DNA of 64,000 nt from NCBI GenBank assembly GCA_964595645.1, contig CAZQQT010000008.1, forward strand, positions 32,001 through 96,000. Reading direction: 5' to 3'. The notes beneath the pieces are model-generated. The model saw only the letters and a program-made list of their open reading frames with translations, was not told the origin of the DNA and did no database searches. Origin of the DNA: an uncultured Thermococci archaeon (GTDB lineage Archaea > Methanobacteriota_B > Thermococci > Methanofastidiosales > B48-G16). Below are positions 38,989-49,429 of this stretch, in pieces; within the stretch, counting starts at the first letter, position 1; every line of letters starts with the position of its first letter. Position numbers and translations under genes: made by a program.

Positions 38989-39765
38989 GTGTTTGAAAGA
39001 ATTTCCGAGAGCGTGTACTGCAGAATTGGGGAAAATGGAGAATCCAATATGGGGTTTGTGGGCTGTAAGAGATCTATTATTGTGGTGGATACAGCTACCT
39101 ATCCCTCTCAGACGAAAAGGGACATACAGGAGATGAAAGAGATCACAGAAAAACCGATGAAATTTCTTATCAACACCCACTATCATCCAGATCACACCTT
39201 TGGAAATATGTACTTTGAGGATATCATCGCACACACGGCATGCCGCAAACTGTTGAAAAATAGGAGCTCCTTTTATAAAGAGGAGGTACAAAAGGAGGAG
39301 GGATTTGAAGATCTCACAATTACGTACCCGAATATTGTATTCCTAGAGAAGATGGTACTTTACTGCTCTCCTGAAATCGTACTTACTCGTCTTGGTGGAC
39401 ATACAGAGGGGAGCATTACGGTCTATATTCCTGACGAAAGGATACTGTTTGCAGGCGATCTCATATTTGAAGGGTCTCATCCGTATCTCGGAGATGCGGA
39501 TATTCAAGAATGGATAAATGCACTGAAAGTTCTTCTTCAGTGGGACATACAAAAGGTAGTACCAGGACATGGCGTAGTATGTGATAAAAAGGAACTAAAA
39601 AAGCATGTAGATTATCTAACAATTTTTTATGAGAATCTCACAGAATTAAAAGAAAAATACAGTAAAGATGAGCTCTGTGAAAATCCCGATCTTCTCAAAT
39701 TGCCCGAAATGAATGGAAGAGAAAGAATAGCGAGAAATATCGAGGCGCAGTACGATAGAATTTAA
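38989..39765 (+). CDS. MBL-fold metallo-hydrolase
   Basis: NTHYHPDHTFGN, GGHTEG, AGDL, PGHG. Confidence 0.88.
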   Translation: MFERISESVYCRIGENGESNMGFVGCKRSIIVVDTATYPSQTKRDIQEMKEITEKPMKFLINTHYHPDHTFGNMYFEDIIAHTACRKLLKNRSSFYKEEVQKEEGFEDLTITYPNIVFLEKMVLYCSPEIVLTRLGGHTEGSITVYIPDERILFAGDLIFEGSHPYLGDADIQEWINALKVLLQWDIQKVVPGHGVVCDKKELKKHVDYLTIFYENLTELKEKYSKDELCENPDLLKLPEMNGRERIARNIEAQYDRI

Positions 39766-42164
39766 CTCTTTTTATCTTTCCTCGGTCTGGCATACTCCTG
39801 CATTTGTTCTGCCATTTCTCTTAGCCGCTTGTCAACTTTGTAGTTTACTGTATCCTTTTCAAATTCTCCTTCCGCCGTCCGTTCACCTGCTGGCACTCCA
39901 GTGAGAATTTCAATTCCTTCATCCACTGTGTTCACAGGGTAGATATGGAATTTACCCTCTTCAACGGCATCTACCACTTCCTCTTTCAGCATAAGGTTCT
40001 GTACGTTGCTTCCTGGTATCATCACACCTTGATTTCCTGTAAGTCCTTTCCGTTTACAGACCTCAAAATATCCTTCTATTTTTTCATTAACGCCGCCAAT
40101 AGCCTGTATTTCTCCCTGTTGATTGATCGACCCGGTCACGGCGATACCCTGATTAATCGGCAGTTCTGAAAGACTGGAGAGAATGGCGTAAAGCTCGGTA
40201 CTCGAGGCGCTGTCACCTTCTACTCCACTGTAGCTTTGTTCGAAAACGAGGTGGGCCGAGAGACTCAATGGTTTATCCTGTGCATACTTTCTTTCGAGAT
40301 ATCCACTGAGAATAAGAATGCCCTTTGTGTGAATAGGACCACCAAGTTCTGCTTCTCGCTCGATATCGATGATTCCTTCTCTTCCCAGACCGATACTAGC
40401 TGTGACACGGGATGGTCTTCCAAAGGAGAATTCTCCCGTGCTCATTACAGAGAGACCATTCACCTGTCCCATGTCTTCTCCCTCTGTATCAATAAGAAGA
40501 ATCCCTCGCTGGATCATCTCCTGGATTTTTTCCTGAATGAGTTTTGATCGGTATATTTTTTCTTCAATTGCTTTTTTCACGTGTGTGGATGTGATAAGGT
40601 CTGTGTTTTCCTTCGATGCGTAGAAATCAGCTTCCCTCACAATATCAGCTATCTCTGAAAATCGAGTGGAGAGTTTCTCCCTGTCATCTGCCAGCCGGGA
40701 TCCATACTCGATCACTCTCGCTACAGCGGAGGCATCGAGATGTGTGAGATCCTCTTTTTGGCAGAGAGTACAGATGAAGGCTGCGTACTTTTTCATCGTG
40801 ACCTCTTCTCTGTCCATTGTTGTATCAAAATCCGCCTTTACCTTGAAAAGTTCCTTAAAATCCTCATCCAGTGTATACAATGCTTGGTAAATAGCTGAAT
40901 CTCCGATAAGTACAATTTTTATATCCAAGGGTATTGGAGCAGGTTTCAATCCCTTGGTGCTGATGTACCCTAGACGTTCTCCCGCTTCTTCAATCACAAT
41001 CTGCTGCTCTCTCAGCGATCGCTTTAGCCCGCCCCAGGAGAGTGCACTCTGGAGGAGATCCTTTACAGGGAGTACCAGATATCCACCATTTGCTTTATGG
41101 AGCGATCCGGGGCGTATCATGGTGAAATCAGTGTTTAATACACCAAACTGTGCTTCTTTTTCTGTTTTTCCAAAAAGGTTTGGGTAGGTTGGGTTACGTT
41201 CAATGATTACAGGACATCCATCACGATCGGCATTGTCAACAACCACATTTACTTCATACTTTCTAAACGTAAGCTCTTTCATCAGCCGGGCAGGGAACGC
41301 TCCCGACTGATCCTGTGGTTCTTTAATAAACATTTTGAAATTATCCGCAATATCCTTTTCTACCGCTTCTATATACGAAATAACGTCAGGAAACTCGTTG
41401 TATGTCTCTTTTAGATCGATTATAAGATGTTCTATGGCATTAAGAACGATTTCTCTATTAAGTTCCTCGATTTTTTCATTTGCCTTCGATTCCAAACCTT
41501 TTAATTCTCTCATTGCAGCTCTGAGATCTTCATTGAGTTTTTCTCTCTTTTTTTTAATCTCTTTCTTCTTTTCCAGGTCCAACTCCCGAAATTCCTCTTC
41601 ATTGAGCGGTTTACCATCGACGACAGGAAGAATAAGCAGTCCTGTAGGACTACTTCTGAGAACAAATCCCTCTTCCTGCGCTCTTTCATTGAGTTGATCG
41701 AAAAGCTCTTTTCTCTCTTCTTCAACACCTTTTATTGTTTCTTCTCTTTTTTTGGCATATTCTTCACTCTCAAATGCTTTTGGGAGTTTCCTTTTTGTGT
41801 TATCAATGAGATGTTTCATATCATTTTGAAATGTCTTTCCCTTTCAGGGAGGAAGTTTTATTGCCTTTGGTTCATAGGAGTTCTCGAAGTTGTTCACATA
41901 ACACCAGTCATGGGGTACCGGTACTTCTTTGGCGAGGTCTTCTAAAAAACCTTTTATCGCCGTCTCTCTTCCCGTCCCCGATTTTCCCGCCACATACACA
42001 TTGAATCCTTCTTTTTTAATATTCAATCCAAATTTAAGTGCGTTTACAGCTCTTTCCTGCCCGATAATTCCTTCAAGAGGCTGCATATCTTCAGTTGTTT
42101 TACAGGGGATAGAGGAAACGTCACACACTTTTCTCAGTTTCTCCGACGAAAGTTCTTCTGGCAT
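39762..42164 (-). pseudogene. LonC-type Lon-family protease with in-frame TGA at 41844-41846
   Basis: ORFs 41844..42164 and 39762..41819 share a frame: AIKLPP*KGKTFQNDMKH. GQERA, GKSGTGR and the GDSAS..NEKIEG dyad are present. Confidence 0.85.
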
Positions 42165-42258
42165 ACCGTCACCTTCTATATAAATATAGGAAAATAATTA
42201 TTTAAATTTTTCTATAGAATCCCGTTGAATTTTCCAAATTGAAAATTACAGCGATTTT

Positions 42259-43449
42259 TTAGCTTTCCATTTCATCAATAGATCTTTTTTCGAGAAGTCC
42301 CATGTTCAGGTATGGTTGTGTATATTTTAGGCCCGTTCCCGTATTGAACAGCACAACTTTTTCCTTTCTATCAATTTCACCCCAGTACAGTAGTTTTTTG
42401 AGGCCTGCGAGTGTTGCAGCTCCCTCCGAGCACGCTGATACTCCTTCCATTGCCAGTTCTTTCACAGCAGCGACAATTGCTTCATCGCTCACTGTGACAG
42501 CTGTACCACCACTCTCTCGCAGTGCTTTGAGAATGAGAAAGTCTCCAAATGCCTTGGGGACACGTATGCCGTCTGCCACGGTCTGTGGATCTTTCCACTG
42601 CTCACATACTGTTTTTCCTTCTTCGAAAGCCTTTACTACAGGTGCACAGCCCTCTGCTTGGACAGCTACCATCCTCGGAAACTCGGCATTGATCCATCCC
42701 ATCTGCTCAAGCTCTTTAAATGCTTTCCACATCCCAAGAATGCCGGTACCGCCTCCTGTGGGGTAGATGATCACATCTGGAAGTTCCCATGAGAACTGCT
42801 CTGCAAGCTCAAATCCCATGCTCTTTTTTCCTTCGACTCTATACGGCTCTTTTGTGGTGGAGACGTCGAACCAGTTGTGTTTTTCCTTTCCTCTATCAAC
42901 GATCTTTCCAGCATCTGCTATCGATCCCTCTACGAGATAGAGGTAAGCACCAGTAACCGAACACTCTAACTGAGCTGTCGATGGTGCATCTATTGGCATC
43001 ACCACGTTGATCTCCATTCCGGCTCTGGCACCGTAGGCGGCCAATGCTCCGCCGGCATTTCCAGCAGAAGCTATGGCAAGGTCCGTGATACCCAGTTCTT
43101 TCGCCCGAGAAACAGCTGCAGAGAGTCCACGAGCTTTAAAGGTACCTGTTGGCATCTGTCCCTCGTCCTTTACCCACAAGTTCTTAATATCTGTCGTTTT
43201 CAAAGGTATCAGTGGGGTGTACCCCTCACCCAATGATATGATATTGCATTCCTCCTATACAGGGAGCAGTTCCTTATATCTCCACATATTCGGTGCTCGT
43301 GTTCTCAGATCTTTTTTTGATACCGTATCATTAATTTTCTCCACGTCGTACTGTGCGTACAGAGGAGTGTTGCACGTGTGACAAAAGGTCTGCGGCCTGT
43401 CTACCGGAAGTTTCCTTCCACATTTGGTACATACTACTGTCTCCAGCAT
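42259..43449 (-). pseudogene. thrC: Threonine synthase with in-frame TAG at 43255-43257
   Basis: ORFs 43255..43449 and 42259..43233 share a frame: MWRYKELLPV*EECNIISLGEGYTP. PLP Lys motif PTGTFKARG. Confidence 0.85.
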
Positions 43450-43476
43450 GGGATCATCTCACGTACTGTAGTTCTA

Positions 43477-43911
43477 TCAACATTTTAACCTTTCCCACGA
43501 GGCAATCCCACCCTCCACCGCACGAAATAGTGGATGTGGTTCTATCTCCTCAACATCCTCCAGTTCCTGCGCTTTCTCTGGTGATCGTGCTTGCAGTTTC
43601 TTCGTGAGATGAGCAAGTTCGTATCGGAGCTGTCCTTTGGATATGAGGATCTTTTCATGCTTGTGCAACCTATCTATCTTCGATCTATCGAAATTGTACT
43701 TTCTTCTTGTTGCTTCCTTCCAGAGGAAAAAGAGATACGTGTTTATTGCATTACAAGGATTATCAGCGTTCTTGAATCGCGTGAGTTGGGGATGGTTCCT
43801 ATATCCCTTTGTTTTTCCGTCGAGCACGGCCTTTGCCAAAAGAGCCTCTCTCCATACTGCCACCAACCCCTGTGCATCAAGATAGTGAGGGTGAATACTC
43901 CAGAGCCGCAT
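43477..43911 (-). CDS. Pyrimidine-dimer DNA glycosylase / endonuclease V-like protein
   Basis: MRLWSIHP.YLD..GLVA.WRE.LLA..GY.NHPQL. Confidence 0.88.
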   Translation of the reverse strand: MRLWSIHPHYLDAQGLVAVWREALLAKAVLDGKTKGYRNHPQLTRFKNADNPCNAINTYLFFLWKEATRRKYNFDRSKIDRLHKHEKILISKGQLRYELAHLTKKLQARSPEKAQELEDVEEIEPHPLFRAVEGGIASWERLKC

Positions 43912-43964
43912 GTTTCATATCTTCCCACAATAGTTATTTAAATATTGAGCTACGATGGTATGTC

Positions 43965-44165
43965 ATGAAAGCAGAAGAACCTGAGAAATGTCCAAACTGC
44001 GGATCACCAAACATCAGACTGATAGAGAAGGAAGAGTCTGAGTTCACATGGAAGGTGAGGGCAAATCGATGGATATGTGAGGACTGCGGTGCCCACTGGG
44101 ATCCAAATGATCCCACCTACTTTGAAGAATGGAAAAAGAAACAGGAGGAAAAAGATGAGGACTGA
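43965..44165 (+). CDS. Small zinc-ribbon protein
   Basis: CPNCGS..CEDCG; upstream TTTAAATA TATA box. Confidence 0.7.
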   Translation: MKAEEPEKCPNCGSPNIRLIEKEESEFTWKVRANRWICEDCGAHWDPNDPTYFEEWKKKQEEKDED

Positions 44166-44225
44166 GTTGTTACTCACCTGCTTTTCTTAAAAAGATTTTT
44201 ATAGAATGCAATTCAATGATATATA

Positions 44226-45389
44226 ATGATTTCCTTCCGAAAGACTATTTTAACGACACTGTTTATTACAATTCTTCTTTTTGCAGGGTGTGTGGAGGAA
44301 GATCAGCCTTCTCTATCCCCTGAAAATTCTATCGAATCCCAGCAGTACCCAAAAATTGCAAGCTGGCTTGCAAAGAAAGATGAGATACTACAGAGTGGAA
44401 AGCCGTATAGTCTGGTCATGTCAGGATGGTTCACTCCTGAGGAGGTAGAAACGATTAAATCGCGTAACCCAGACGCGTTGTGTCTTGCAGGACTTACAGT
44501 GAACTGGGTCTATAACAGCGCAGAGTGGATAACATTTTTAGAAACAGTGGCTTCTTACGGAAGAGAAGATCCTCTCACCATTCATGAGGACATGTACCTA
44601 AAAAATTCACAGGGAGAAAGATGCGCTTTTGGCTGGGCATCTGACGAATGGGGAAGTGAGGAGATATACGCGATGGATCCACGGAACTCTGAATGGGTAG
44701 AACTTATCACCTCTTTTTATAAAAATGTCTTAGCACAGCCACAGCACGATGGAATCATTGTTGATATGGTCACAGAGCACTCTTGGTGCCCAGAAATCAT
44801 CACGAATAGCGAATGGATTCACGCAACACAAGAGATCATGGCACAAATGGAGGATCTGAACACAGAAAATAAACTTGTCATTTTCAATGCTGGGAGAGAT
44901 TTTTCAGAAATCGATAAGTACAGTGAGTATATGGATGGGTATCTCATGGAAAATTTTCTCGGTGAACAGTTCGGTGCCGGATTTGATGAAGGTCTCGAGG
45001 CTGCCCAAAGGGAGCACATTGTCATTTACGCAGTAGATACTGATAATACTGGGAAGAAAGACATGAAACGAATGAGACTTGGGCTGACCCTAAGTTTACT
45101 TAATGATAATACATATATTTCCTACGATTTTGGTCCGCGAGATCATGGACAGGCATGGTGGTTCCCGGAATACGATGTGGATCTTGGAGAGCCGTTGGGA
45201 TCTTATGTCAGTAAAAATGATGCATATTGGCGCGAGTTTGAGGAGGGTATCGTAGTTGCGTCTCCTCACACCGATACTTCTGTTTCCTTTGAGAAAGTGT
45301 ATATGGATGTGACCACAGGGGAAACATCACAGCAGTTTGCGATCGAACAGGGAGATGGGAGGATATTTGTTCTTCCAGACGGGGAGTAA
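44226..45389 (+). CDS. Lipoprotein, putative glycoside hydrolase (GHL15-like)
   Basis: Lipobox FAGC; DGIIVD, DGYLMEN, WWFPEYDVDLGEPLG..REFEEG. Confidence 0.65.
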   Translation: MISFRKTILTTLFITILLFAGCVEEDQPSLSPENSIESQQYPKIASWLAKKDEILQSGKPYSLVMSGWFTPEEVETIKSRNPDALCLAGLTVNWVYNSAEWITFLETVASYGREDPLTIHEDMYLKNSQGERCAFGWASDEWGSEEIYAMDPRNSEWVELITSFYKNVLAQPQHDGIIVDMVTEHSWCPEIITNSEWIHATQEIMAQMEDLNTENKLVIFNAGRDFSEIDKYSEYMDGYLMENFLGEQFGAGFDEGLEAAQREHIVIYAVDTDNTGKKDMKRMRLGLTLSLLNDNTYISYDFGPRDHGQAWWFPEYDVDLGEPLGSYVSKNDAYWREFEEGIVVASPHTDTSVSFEKVYMDVTTGETSQQFAIEQGDGRIFVLPDGE

Positions 45390-45403
45390 GACTCCGTATC
45401 ATC

Positions 45404-45583
45404 TCACGCGAATGATGTGAGAAAGAATACCATCAATCCTGCGCCCACCACAGTGAGGACAATGCCACATGCAAAAAGGAATTTTGAATAGTTTTTTTGT
45501 TTCTTAGACGCTATAAATTCCGTTATTGTTAGCGTCACTCCAGAAAGGAGGAGCAGCATTGATAATTCTATTACTCTAAACAT
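45404..45583 (-). CDS. Small two-TM membrane protein (59 aa, not in ORF track)
   Basis: MFRVIELSMLLLLSGVTLTITEFIASKKQKNYSKFLFACGIVLTVVGAGLMVFFLTSFA*; RBS gaggga. Confidence 0.55.
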   Translation of the reverse strand: MFRVIELSMLLLLSGVTLTITEFIASKKQKNYSKFLFACGIVLTVVGAGLMVFFLTSFA

Positions 45584-45672
45584 ATCTTTCCCTCATGCAT
45601 TTGTTATTTATGTTTTTCGTAATAGACATTCTATCAAAGAGTATTTATTTGTTCAATGGAATAGTAATGTGT

Positions 45673-46634
45673 ATGGAAACGAAGGTGATACCTCTTGTGA
45701 TTATTGGGGTTTTTTTGCTTGCGTGTTGCATGCAGCAGGAAAAGGAAGAACAACAGAGCACGCAGCTAAGAGGTGTGAGTCTTTCTGCAAAGAGTTTTCA
45801 AGAAGAGGACTTTTCGACATTTTTTGAAAAAGCAGCGCAGGCAGGAGATATCGTGATGTGGGCAGGTGATTGGCTCGAACTCACCAGAGAGGGTGGAGCA
45901 CCGATAGTCGTCATGGAGCTCGCGTCAACGCATATGAGTACACACCCCTCGTTGAACTTTCTCTTACCAAGAAAGGAGGACTGAGACGATCACTGAGTGA
46001 GAATGTGGAGACCTATACAGAGAGTGCTATTGAGTTTGCCGAGAAATATAACCCTCCATATCTCGGACTTGGTGTCGAAGTAAATATCCTCTACGAGAAC
46101 TCACCTGACGATTTCAATGAGTTTGTTATATTCTACAATGACGTGTACAGCTCTATAAAGGCCGTATCCCCACATACAAAAGTGTTCACTGTGTTTCAGC
46201 TGGAGAGAATGAAAGGACTGCAGTTCTGGGCAGATGCGGCTAGTTCAGGCCGTACACAGTGGGGGCTGCTTGAAAAGTTCACCTCAGACATTGTTGCTTT
46301 CACCACATATCCTTGTCTTGTGTATAAGAATCCATTGGACATTCCCGAAGATTATTATACTGAGATTAGCTCCCATACAGAGAAACCGGTGGCATTCACG
46401 GAGATCGGGTGGCATACCGAAGCAAGTCCCTCGGGCTGGGAAAGTAGTGAAGCTGAACAGGCGGCATTTATAGAGAAATTTTTCAGATTAACAGAGGATT
46501 TCAATCCTAAACTTTGTATCTGGAGTTTTCTATACGATCAGGATACTATTGAACCGTTTAGGAGCATGGGATTATACCATAAAAATGGGAAGCCCAAGAA
46601 AGGATGGAATGCTTGGCTCGAAGGAAAAAGTTAA
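45673..46634 (+). pseudogene. Frameshifted lipoprotein with clan GH-A-like TIM barrel
   Basis: Lipobox LACC in ORF 45595; coding shifts to ORF 45870 near 45930 (MELAST / YEYTPLV); GVEVN and FTEIGW glutamates. Confidence 0.7.
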
Positions 46635-46718
46635 AGACGAGAAGGCTATGCTCACAAAAGTTACATTAATAAAGAATGAAAGAATAGTAAAGGAAATACA
46701 AGATGGAGTTGAGAAGAA

Positions 46719-47672
46719 ATGAAGAGAACGTTTTACGCACTTGGGATTATTTGTATGGTCATGTTACTGAGCGGTTGTGTTGAAGAGGAAACGCATACAT
46801 ATCCCACAGTTGATAGAGAGGACGCAATACCGGCAGGGACGATGAAAATAACTCCAGAGATGGATGAACATCCACCGATACTTCACGTAGATGTGTATAA
46901 AGATCCGGTACCGATGCCGTATCCTCTTAATACTGCAGGAGCAGAGGATTCTCCCTTTATCACACCGGACGGAAGGACATTTTACGTATGGTTCACTCCC
47001 GATCCCAATGCCCCGCTTGAAGAGCAGCTTCATGACAATGTCACAGGAATATATGTTTCGCAAAAGGAAAATGGGCAGTGGAGCACCCCTAAGCGGGTAT
47101 GGCTGCAGGATCCAGATACGCTGGTTTTGGATGGATGTGTATATGTCCAAGGTAATAAAATGTGGTTTTGCACCACACGAGAGGGGTGTACTGGGATGTG
47201 CTGGTTCACTGCAGAATTTGTCAATGGGAACTGGACTAACTGGAAAAAGGCTGAATTTAATCTAGGGGATGATGTTGGAGAGCTCCATATCTCCTCAGAT
47301 GGAAATGAGCTGTACTTTCACTCTTCACGGTCTGGCGGTAAAGGAAGCAATGATATTTGGGTCTCGCACAAGAGGGATGGAGAGTGGCAGGAGCCAGAAA
47401 ATATTGCGGCTGTGAACACAAGTGTGAATGAAAGCAGACCGTTTCTCACCGAAGATGGGACCGAACTATGGTTCACGCGAACGTACAAGGGTACTCCTGC
47501 AGTCTTCAGATCGAAAAAGGTGAATGGGGCGTGGCAGGAGCCAGAACTCATTATTTCACAGTTTGCCGGTGAGCCAACGCTGGACGATGACGGTAATATC
47601 TACTTCGTTCACCATTTCTTTAAAGAGGGAAAAATGGTTGAGGCAGATATTTACGTGGCATACAAGAAATGA
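46719..47672 (+). CDS. Lipoprotein with PD40/TolB-like beta-propeller repeats
   Basis: Lipobox LSGC; NTAGAEDSPFITPDG, ISSDGNELYFHSSR, NESRPFLTEDG. Confidence 0.8.
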   Translation: MKRTFYALGIICMVMLLSGCVEEETHTYPTVDREDAIPAGTMKITPEMDEHPPILHVDVYKDPVPMPYPLNTAGAEDSPFITPDGRTFYVWFTPDPNAPLEEQLHDNVTGIYVSQKENGQWSTPKRVWLQDPDTLVLDGCVYVQGNKMWFCTTREGCTGMCWFTAEFVNGNWTNWKKAEFNLGDDVGELHISSDGNELYFHSSRSGGKGSNDIWVSHKRDGEWQEPENIAAVNTSVNESRPFLTEDGTELWFTRTYKGTPAVFRSKKVNGAWQEPELIISQFAGEPTLDDDGNIYFVHHFFKEGKMVEADIYVAYKK

Positions 47673-47942
47673 TTAGAGAATTTCCTACTTCTTCTCTTCT
47701 ATTTTTAAAGGTTGTACTCGTCTAAATACAACAAGACCATTCAAATACATTGCACAGAAGCGTATCTGGAGGCGCATAAATAAAACCCCCCTCACGTATC
47801 TATTTGCTCTATGTTGGAGGTCAATGTATACAATAGAAGAGGTGAGATTGTTATCGAAAATATCTCCCAATGTTGTATCATCGGGAAACACAATGAGATT
47901 GGGATCTTTATTGAGGACTATTGGAATACCACCAGGATTCCA

Positions 47943-48644
47943 TCCTTTTCCTTGCAATCCCGTGTAAATGTTGAGTAAATGGATATCTCCTTGTTTAGCA
48001 GCTGTTGAACCCAGGGTACTCTTGATTCTACGCTGTAAGGGTACCGATCACCGGATAATTCACGTTTTTTTGTATGGACTCCACTGTATAACGCTAACAC
48101 TGGTGCACCATTTAATTTTTCTAGCACGTATGTAATATTCCGAGCAATTGATGTCATTCGGGTGCGAAACAGGTTTTTTCAATCTCCATTACCTTATCAA
48201 TGTATTTTTCTTCAAACGGCTTGATATCCACATTAGAATTTCCCTCTGTAGGAAATGTAAGATCGTCTTTTTCAAAGGTGAGAAGTTCCGTTGTCATCCG
48301 ATATGTATGTGCGATGAGGCGCTCTTTCAGTTGCAGTTGATCTTCTTTAAGCAGTATTCTCACTGCGTCACATCCGTGTTTTCTGAAGGCATCTTCCATT
48401 GCATCTACGAGTGCCACTGCAGTATCCAATCTGACAGCTCGTACCTCTCTAATGAAGCCGATGTCCTCTCTCCAACAATTTCCATAGGTAAATCCTTCTA
48501 TATTCTCGTTGTAGGCGAGATACACGAACTCACGATTTTATTGATAACGTTCTTGACAATACCCTTCGAAAACGCACCATATCTCTCTTTAAATGTGAGT
48601 AAATTATGTATTTCCTCATCTCTCGGATGCCGTATCGTAGACAT
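47943..48644 (-). pseudogene. Decayed tandem-GNAT acetyltransferase
   Basis: ATG 48644 (MSTIRHPRDEE), frameshift near 48537, in-frame TGA at 48154 (CFAPE*HQ), further lesions, ends near an LQGKG motif. Confidence 0.55.
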
Positions 48645-48710
48645 ACATAGTTCTTCACGTTATATCTATAAAAGAGTTTTTATGGAGAATAAAGAGGCAT
48701 TAGAAAAGAT

Positions 48711-49382
48711 TTAAGGTATCTCTCCTTGTATTATCTTTCGTATCGCCTCCGCACCCCCTTCCCCATAGGGCTTTTTGGTGACGTAGTCTGCTTTTTCCTT
48801 CAATTCCTCCACCCCACTGTTCACCGCAATGCTGTAACCTGCTGCCTCAAAGGCGGGAAGATCATTGTAACTGTCGCCGATAAAGACTGTGTCTTCCAGA
48901 TCAATTTCCATTAGTTCTGCAAGCTTTTTGAGCGCTGTGCCTTTGTTCACGTTCTTGTTTTTGATGTGAATGCCGTAGCTTGAGTCACAGATCTCGATCT
49001 TTAGATCATGGCGCTCTGCTACCTCTTGAATCTCCTCGACGCCCATGCCCGTGACGACAACCTCTGTTTTCCGCAGAAACGTTGGCAGGAGCGACGCACG
49101 ATCCTTAATGAGTTCATAACAGCGCAGCGGCTCTTCCAGTGTCCCAAATGTTTCGATATTGGTGTTGTACGACACGATCCCCCCGTCTTCTGCAATCATC
49201 CCTCCTGTCGCTCCAATGAGTCTAGAAGCGCCATGGGCGTATCCCAGTGTATTGCCTGTAGAAAGAGAGACGTGGAATCCTTCAGCTTCTGCCTCGCGTA
49301 GAGCGTTGATCGCGTCTATCGTAATTCTTCTTTTTTTATCGGTAAGTGTCCCGTCTATATCGGAGACGATGTAGTATGTCAT
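48711..49382 (-). CDS. HAD-IIB phosphoglycolate phosphatase-like hydrolase
   Basis: DIDGTLT, STGN, NKGTAL, IGDSYND. Confidence 0.9.
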   Translation of the reverse strand: MTYYIVSDIDGTLTDKKRRITIDAINALREAEAEGFHVSLSTGNTLGYAHGASRLIGATGGMIAEDGGIVSYNTNIETFGTLEEPLRCYELIKDRASLLPTFLRKTEVVVTGMGVEEIQEVAERHDLKIEICDSSYGIHIKNKNVNKGTALKKLAELMEIDLEDTVFIGDSYNDLPAFEAAGYSIAVNSGVEELKEKADYVTKKPYGEGGAEAIRKIIQGEIP

Positions 49383-49429
49383 GAAGAACATCCCAGAAGA
49401 AGGTATAAAAATGCTTCGATTCTCAATAG

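Noticed and set aside
47685-47957. ORF read as an independent gene
   Set aside because: Begins at the broken GNAT LQGKG motif and continues into unrecognisable sequence; probably a deletion junction.
6688-48156. Genome-wide stop-codon reassignment or selenocysteine as the explanation for the in-frame stops
   Set aside because: TGA (korA, rpl39e) and TAG (hel308, eIF6, pfdA) terminate core genes at the expected positions. The internal TGAs fall at Trp and Gly sites, not Cys.
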